The notes beneath the pieces are model-generated. The model had not been told where the DNA came from. It saw only the letters and a program-made list of their open reading frames with translations, and ran no database searches. A stretch of 64,000 nucleotides of DNA from the human T2T-CHM13v2.0 reference genome, Homo sapiens. Positions 56,846 through 64,000 of the stretch are shown in pieces (positions within the stretch are counted from its first letter, which is position 1; the number at the start of each line of letters is the position of its first letter). The position numbers and the translations under genes are program-made. Location: the NCBI RefSeq assembly GCF_009914755.1, contig NC_060939.1, one strand, 5' to 3'.

Positions 56846-57570
56846 TTAAATTAAGTTAACTCACCTGAGGGTACTACTCAAAATGCCATCATATGATTTT
56901 AGAGTTATCTATATTCTGAGGTTTTTTTTTTCTTTAAGTTGTAGATGACAAGTTCTAAAGATTAATTTATTCACATGAAGGCCCAACATTTTTTAAATCC
57001 CAGAAACAAGATAGTGACATCTGAGCTGCTTCAGAAATGTTGGAACAGAAAAAAAATGCTGGAATAAACTACATGTAATGGAATATTCTGTCATGATGCC
57101 AACTCAGCCACATTTCCCAGCCACAGAAAGATCCCCAAAACCAAACAAATAAACCAATAGCTCCTACAAAATGCGAGCTTGTAGAGGAGCCCGTTTCACT
57201 TAGCTTCAGGTTTCAGATTTTGTAAAAATTTAAGCAAAGAATTACAAGTAGCCCTCCCCTGATGCCCCAAATATATATTTTGAACAGTTTTATTGAAGGC
57301 TAATTTGCATACCATAAAATTCACCCATTCAATGATTTTTAGTAAATTTACAAAGTTGCACAACCATTACCACAATCTAATTCTAGAACAGTTCCATCAT
57401 CCCAAAAAGAAATCTCCTGCCCATTTGCTGTCTAAATGTGTTCTATGTGGAATATTAAATCTTCTAGCAATACTTGCCACTTAATAAAAAGTCAAGCCAA
57501 TATTCTAAACAAAGGTTGCTTGAGTAAAAAAGCTATTCCTCTTAAGAGCTCAAGAATAAAGTGACATTAC

Positions 57571-57678
57571 CTAGCAAAGTGCAGGCCTGCCTAGTATGTG
57601 CCATCTCCTTTGCATCATCCACTCCTTCAATCACAGGACTGCCTCCTTGTTTTGTGTAATTAAAGTTATCTGCATTTC
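57571..57678 (-). CDS. MYO5A: Myosin-Va exon 8 (108 nt)
   Basis: acag|GAA...TAG|gtaat; [35 protein letters not shown], phase 1-1. Confidence 0.97.
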
Positions 57679-58332
57679 CTGTAATGAAGAAAAATAAAAA
57701 TTTTCTGGTTTATGAAAAAGCCTTGCCTTCTAACCTTATGTCCACTCTGAATCAGAGGTGGTGATAGCACAGTTGAGTGTACAGCATCTAGAGTTTGACT
57801 GCCTGTGTTTTCAATTGTATTTTAATAAAAAATTAAAAATAAAATTTAATTAAATAAATGGGGTAAAATATTTATAGTTTATTTATGTTAATTGGTAAAA
57901 TAAATAGTCCTTTCCTAAAGGTTTTATTCCAATCTACACACTAGAATAATTTCCTCAAATCCTTTACTCCCCTCATAAGAAACCCTACTGGCTTCTAACA
58001 AATCAACTCCTTTAATTTTTTTTTTCCTTTAATCAAAGCAAATATCAAACACATACAAAAGTAGAGAGACTAATAGAATGAGCCCCTAGGTACTCATTAC
58101 TCATCTTAAACAGCCATCTAAAATCACCTCCAGGCCAATCCTGTTCCATTTATACAGCCACTTACTCCTCCTCTACCCCTATGGGTTATTTTGAAGCCAA
58201 GGGCTGACTTTTTATCATATTATCCATAAGTATTCCAACATGAGATAAGCTCCTTTTTAACAAGTAAATTTAGGAACTTGGAAATTAACAGAAAACAATA
58301 CCAGAACAATAAATTTAATGCCATATTCATAC

Positions 58333-58414
58333 CTAATCGTAGCATTTTAAATTCAGGTAACTTTGCTGAGGCACAAAGCTGATAGAAGATATGATAGTTT
58401 CTCTCCTCTTCTGC
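58333..58414 (-). CDS. MYO5A: Myosin-Va exon 7 (82 nt)
   Basis: gaag|GCA...TAG|gtatg; [27 protein letters not shown] (ERNYHIFY motif). Confidence 0.98.
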
Positions 58415-59067
58415 CTTCGAAATAAGAAGAGTTTTCAATTACAGCATTTTAATCTAAAATTCAGGGAATTCTATCATAAAATAAGATTTTAATATTTAAT
58501 TATCTCAGTTGGTTAAATAAATTATACTTTCCTATATTTCCTAATACTTATTTCTGATTATTAAATCTTATGATTTATAGTCTATATGCATATGTATGAG
58601 TATGTGTGTGTTGCTCAAATTCAACATAAAGTATCGGATAGTAATGCTTTCTGAACTAGTGAACAGCTTGATATATGTCAACAATCATAAGATAATCAGT
58701 GCTTTTGGGGGAAACTAAAATCATTTTTTTTTGCAATACTCAATACTATTTTCTAATGGTACCTCTTAGATTCACAGTCTTCCAAATGCTTTGAAAAAAG
58801 AATAATCCCATTCTTGCCATATTGTAGACTGGACCATCTACTGTGGTTATTTGTAGGAAAGTCACAAATGTACATCTTCTATATCATTTTAGTTTATACA
58901 TTTTAAATCAATAACTGTTTTATAAAATAGAAAATAAATCACATATAAATTCTAAGATAATTTTTCAGTATTTCCTGAGAGTCTTTTCCACACATATATC
59001 TAAAAAATACAGTTGCAATAATATTGTTCATACACCTAATAGTTTATCACTATATCCTTCATTTTTA

Positions 59068-59136
59068 CAGTATACTCAGTTGGCTAATGAATCGTATTAA
59101 TAAGGCCAAGGTCAGGTTTGATGCCCACAGGGGGCT
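59068..59136 (+). pseudogene. Degenerate tRNA-Ile(AAT)-like sequence (tRNA-derived SINE head, MamSINE1-like, or tRNA pseudogene)
   Basis: ctcagttggcta (D arm), taataa anticodon loop, ggccaaggtc, ggtttgatgccc (decayed T arm) align to the recalled tRNA-Ile. Confidence 0.65.
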
Positions 59137-60572
59137 GATGTCTGGAAAAGAAAACCTATTATAGGGACAGAAGCCACTGAACAAATTACCAGTATACCAA
59201 TGACCACAAGCATGATTAAACAGGAGACCAGGTGGTTCAGCACACAGAAACTAGAAAAGCCTGTGAGTCTGCAGAAATGCTTAGGTCCTCTTTGTACATA
59301 AAGGACAATACAAGTATGCCTTTTCTGATTGTGTGACTCATTTTGACAAGCCAAACATCCTTGACATTCTATATCACTGGAGACTGGGAAACTGCTAGAA
59401 ATGGTTCAGTGTCTCTAAACAAGACAATAAGGATTGGGCTTTACCATTTTGTATTAAGCACTACTAGCCTTTGGTCACGTACTGACCAAGGACCATCTTT
59501 CCTCCCTGCTTACTCACTTACCTATCAATCAAACCTCTACTATTTGAACTCTAATATTTGAATCTTCCCTTAGATCTACCTCTGTTTCACCCATTCTTTC
59601 TTCTGGTTATCAAAGTAGACACTTTTCAAAAAAAACCTATAGAAATAGCCATCAGCATAGTAACACTGTTCTGTATGTACCTAGATATTAAATATAATAC
59701 TTCATTTGTATTGCCTTACTATGCAAATCAAGTACTATATTTTAGGTGGCCACAAATCAGGCACAGCCCCAAAGTCAAAGCCAGAGCAACTTCAGACTGC
59801 TCAAATTCTCAGACACTTTCAAACCTATGACAGACCTGGGCTATGGAAATTGTGGACACTGTTACATGGCAGTGTCAAGGGTATTTGAACCTCAATGCAG
59901 TGGGCATGCAGTTGAGGCTAATGAAACCCAAATCTCACAGCATGAGGCAAGCAGTAGGTCTACAGAACTGACAGTGTGTGATAAACCCATACCTATAAAT
60001 ATATAAATGTATGCCTGCTAGTGATGGAAATATATAGTATCTCCCATATCTCCCACTTACCAATCAAAAGGGACCAAGAGCATACATGTGGATGTAAACC
60101 CCACCCAGATGCATCAACTGTTTTTTTGATAGTAGTTCACAATTGGGTTGTGAAGATTTTTTTTTAACCCTCACTATTCTATCTAAACAATAATATATTC
60201 TGAAACAGGAGAAGAAGGAAGGAAAGAGGACAAGATAATTTTTTTTCTTGCACTGAGTTCAAACTAACTTATTGAGAGCATGGAACAATGCCTTCCCTAT
60301 CATTTGGAAATATGAGAGACAAGACTAAACCAATAGCACCTGTTCTCAACTAAGCTTTCCCGCAAGCACCTGTAGGAAAAAGTCAAACCTAAAAGTGACC
60401 AGTCCCAAAAACTATTAGCATTTAAGTGGTACTCCCTTGCCTCTAACAGGCACCATTTTACAGGCTTCAGTCCAAGTGTGGTTGGAGGTAATATTGTCAT
60501 AATATGCTCAAGAGTATCTTGAAATAAAATGCATACCAGCAAGCATGGACTCAACAATTATACAGCAATCTA

Positions 60573-60749
<177 letters not shown>

Positions 60750-60861
60750 CTAAAAAGCAAGGGAGAAAATAAGATTTTAGAAGTGTAATTCATAACATGA
60801 CATTTACAGAATCTGCTCAGAGAGAGAAAAGATGGAGTAGAACACAGGTCCTTAAAATTGA

Positions 60862-61149
<288 letters not shown>

Positions 61150-63126
61150 AAAACTGATTCTTTTAAGAACAGAACCACTTTTGCCACTGCAGGCACAGGT
61201 GTATGCTTTGCTCACTGCACAGTCACACAGATATATACTAATAGTTTTTATTTGTCTAGTTATTCTCACAAAAATGATTTTCAGAAACAGCAGACCTGAA
61301 CTCAGAGGTTAGAATATTTTCATAACACCTTTTGGGTTATCTGAACATTCATGCCAGCAAAGAAAGAGAACAAACGAGGATGGGAGCTGCCAAGGCATAG
61401 GCTTTGTTAGGTAAGCTTCAGGTTTTTATTTTTTTCCAAAAAACTTCACCTGCTTTACATAAATAAGATGGTTAAGACCAATGAATATTTCCTGGAAATG
61501 CTGCTCTGGTGTTCAGGGTCTCTTTAGCCTGATGTTTCTATCACCTTATCCTGTGGCAACAAAGGTCCAGTTAGACTATTTATTAGTAGAGTATTAGTAT
61601 TACCCACTCAATTTAAAGGCCATTTTCAGAACCAGAAAAAGTAAAATTTGGCTTTGGATTTTGATAGTTAAATCTAGCTTACAAAATATCTGCTACAGAA
61701 TACAGAGAATATAACTTGCTGCTAAATGTTTTATATAACCTTAAAAATTTTAATGACATATGTCTTTCTGATTTAGGTAACTCGCTTCTATAAATTTTTT
61801 TAAGGCAAAGCAAAAAAAAAAAAGATGTAGTTAGAAAACCAAGTGTTTACATAATGCATATATTAAATGTTTAATAAGCAAATTTCAAAAAAATTAATAT
61901 CTTTCACTTGTGTAAAGCCTATGTCAGGATTAGTAAATTGAAACCACAGCAGACAGAAAGATGTGAAAATACAATGTAGTTTTAAGAGTGATACAAATGT
62001 AAGTAATGAAAACAATAGTAACATAGCCATACAAGTCAACACATTAGATTCTTTGATCAATCAAAGAAAATATATTTTCACTTTCTGAAATAGAGTGTAG
62101 ACATCCTATTTTGTTTTGGCAGTGAGGACACTGCTATATTTTAGATTAACATTTTAAATGCTTTTCTAGAAAAATAAGAATATCTTCCTGGCAAAATTAC
62201 AGAAGGATCTAATGTAGCCTCAGATAATTTATCTATTCATTTACTCAGATGTTACCCCTCTTGATATTACAAAACACCACAGCAAAAAGTCTGTATATGG
62301 TCTCACTATTTTATTTAGAAAAGCAGATTAATTATAAATGCAGACTTTTCTCTCAACACAATATATTCTTCCGAAGAGCAAATGAAAGATTACATGTAGT
62401 AGAAGTAGCAGCAGCTACTCAATAAACACTCAATAAATATTAGTAACTGTCCTAAGCACTTTCCTGCCAGTAACTAAGCAAGTGGAGGAAGGGTGGGCCA
62501 CAGCTTCTCCTCCTTCCTCAACTCTTACCCCACCTTCCACATATCATCTCTCCCCACCTACTCAGACTGGGCGTCAGAGTGGCCCACCTGCCGAAACACC
62601 ACCACACTGTGAGAAGAGGCAGGGATTGGCTAGAATTGAAGCAGATCCTTTTGTTTTCAAATAAAATGTATTTAAACATAGACAAACAATGGTAAAAAGA
62701 ACAAATGAATTAGAAGCCCGAAGACCTATCAGACCAGGCCCTATTATCAACTTGTCATTATTTAATCTCTTTGAGGAGCATTAGTATCCTCAAATGTAAA
62801 TTGACTAGGATAGTGGAGCTCTAGGGTTCTTTTTAAAAAATAAAATTATTTGATTCTAAGTTCTGAAACTGATAGGGAAAGAAATTTCTATACATAAACA
62901 GTATCTTTTGTCCACTCCCTCAATTGTTGCCTCTGCCATATAAGCACTGTATTCACAAGAGACTCCCTAATACTATATTCACTTTAATCAGCAAGAAGCC
63001 ACTAAAGGAAAAAATAAATTTTGTGATCTTGGTAATCTTGGTTTTACTGTTTTAATGTAATGATGCATGAGTCACTCTTCTTTACTAAATGGAGATGAAA
63101 ATCTTCAATTATGGTTATTGAAATTA

Positions 63127-63444
<318 letters not shown>

Positions 63445-63453
63445 TTAACATCC

Positions 63454-63596
63454 AGGCCTGGTAGAGTGGCTCACACCCATAATCCCAGCACTTTGGGAAG
63501 CTGAGGCAGGAGGATTGCTTGAGCCCAGTAGTTCATTTGAGATCAGCCTGGGACAGGCCGAGACAGAGCAAGACCCTGTCTCTTAAAAAAAAAAAA
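63454..63596 (+). mobile_element. Alu left monomer (FLAM_C-like)
   Basis: monomer with ggaggattgcttgagccca and A tail. Confidence 0.82.
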
Positions 63597-64000
63597 GTTT
63601 CAGTGTGCTATTCCCATCTTATGATGAAAATTTCCAGGAAAAAATGAAAACATGAAATGAAGCAAATAGAATAATTATCTGTACATCATTCACATTTTGC
63701 AAAAGAAGCCTATGTTGAGAATGAGGAGCTTCCTTTTTAAAGAATAATGTGCATATCTCTTTAGACCCTGGATTGTAATGTTAACCATGTAGGATGCTCA
63801 TTATCCTATGAGGAGTTTCAGCAGATCACTGGAGACGCCGATATGCCTTTCCTGACATCTCAGCAAAGGGCTCTGATATAGGGACATAGTATTGAAGCGA
63901 TTTAAAGCTACAAATTTTTCAGACTACATACTCAATATTTTACCTATGTTTTCTTCCAGTAACTGATCTTCAGCTCCATATCACATTTCCAACTTTCAAA

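Overview
Human (primate) genomic DNA, all of it inside one minus-strand gene, MYO5A (unconventional myosin-Va). I traced 23 consecutive coding exons (exons 6-28 by recalled numbering). All have GT-AG boundaries and compatible phases, and they join into a 3237-nt, 1079-codon open frame. The frame covers most of the motor domain (switch [10 protein letters not shown], switch II DIYGFE, loop 2, SH1 helix, converter), six IQ motifs, the proximal coiled coil, the PEST region and the start of the medial tail. Introns carry about 29 Alu or Alu-monomer copies, old L1/L2/MIR fragments, MaLR LTRs, DNA-transposon fossils (MER2, MER5, MER46C, MER85), a tRNA-Ile-like SINE head and microsatellites. Most other ORFs in the track are Alu-derived or chance. 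The strongest unexplained structure is a MER2 element containing an ~190-bp copy of neighbouring intron 26, with the copied splice-donor G mutated and serial template-switch scars beside it. Several smaller templated or retro-like micro-insertions occur elsewhere. A repeat-free island in intron 16 has a marginal peptide resemblance to exon 15. Repeat family names, exon numbers and variant notes come from memory rather than searches, and repeat edges are approximate.
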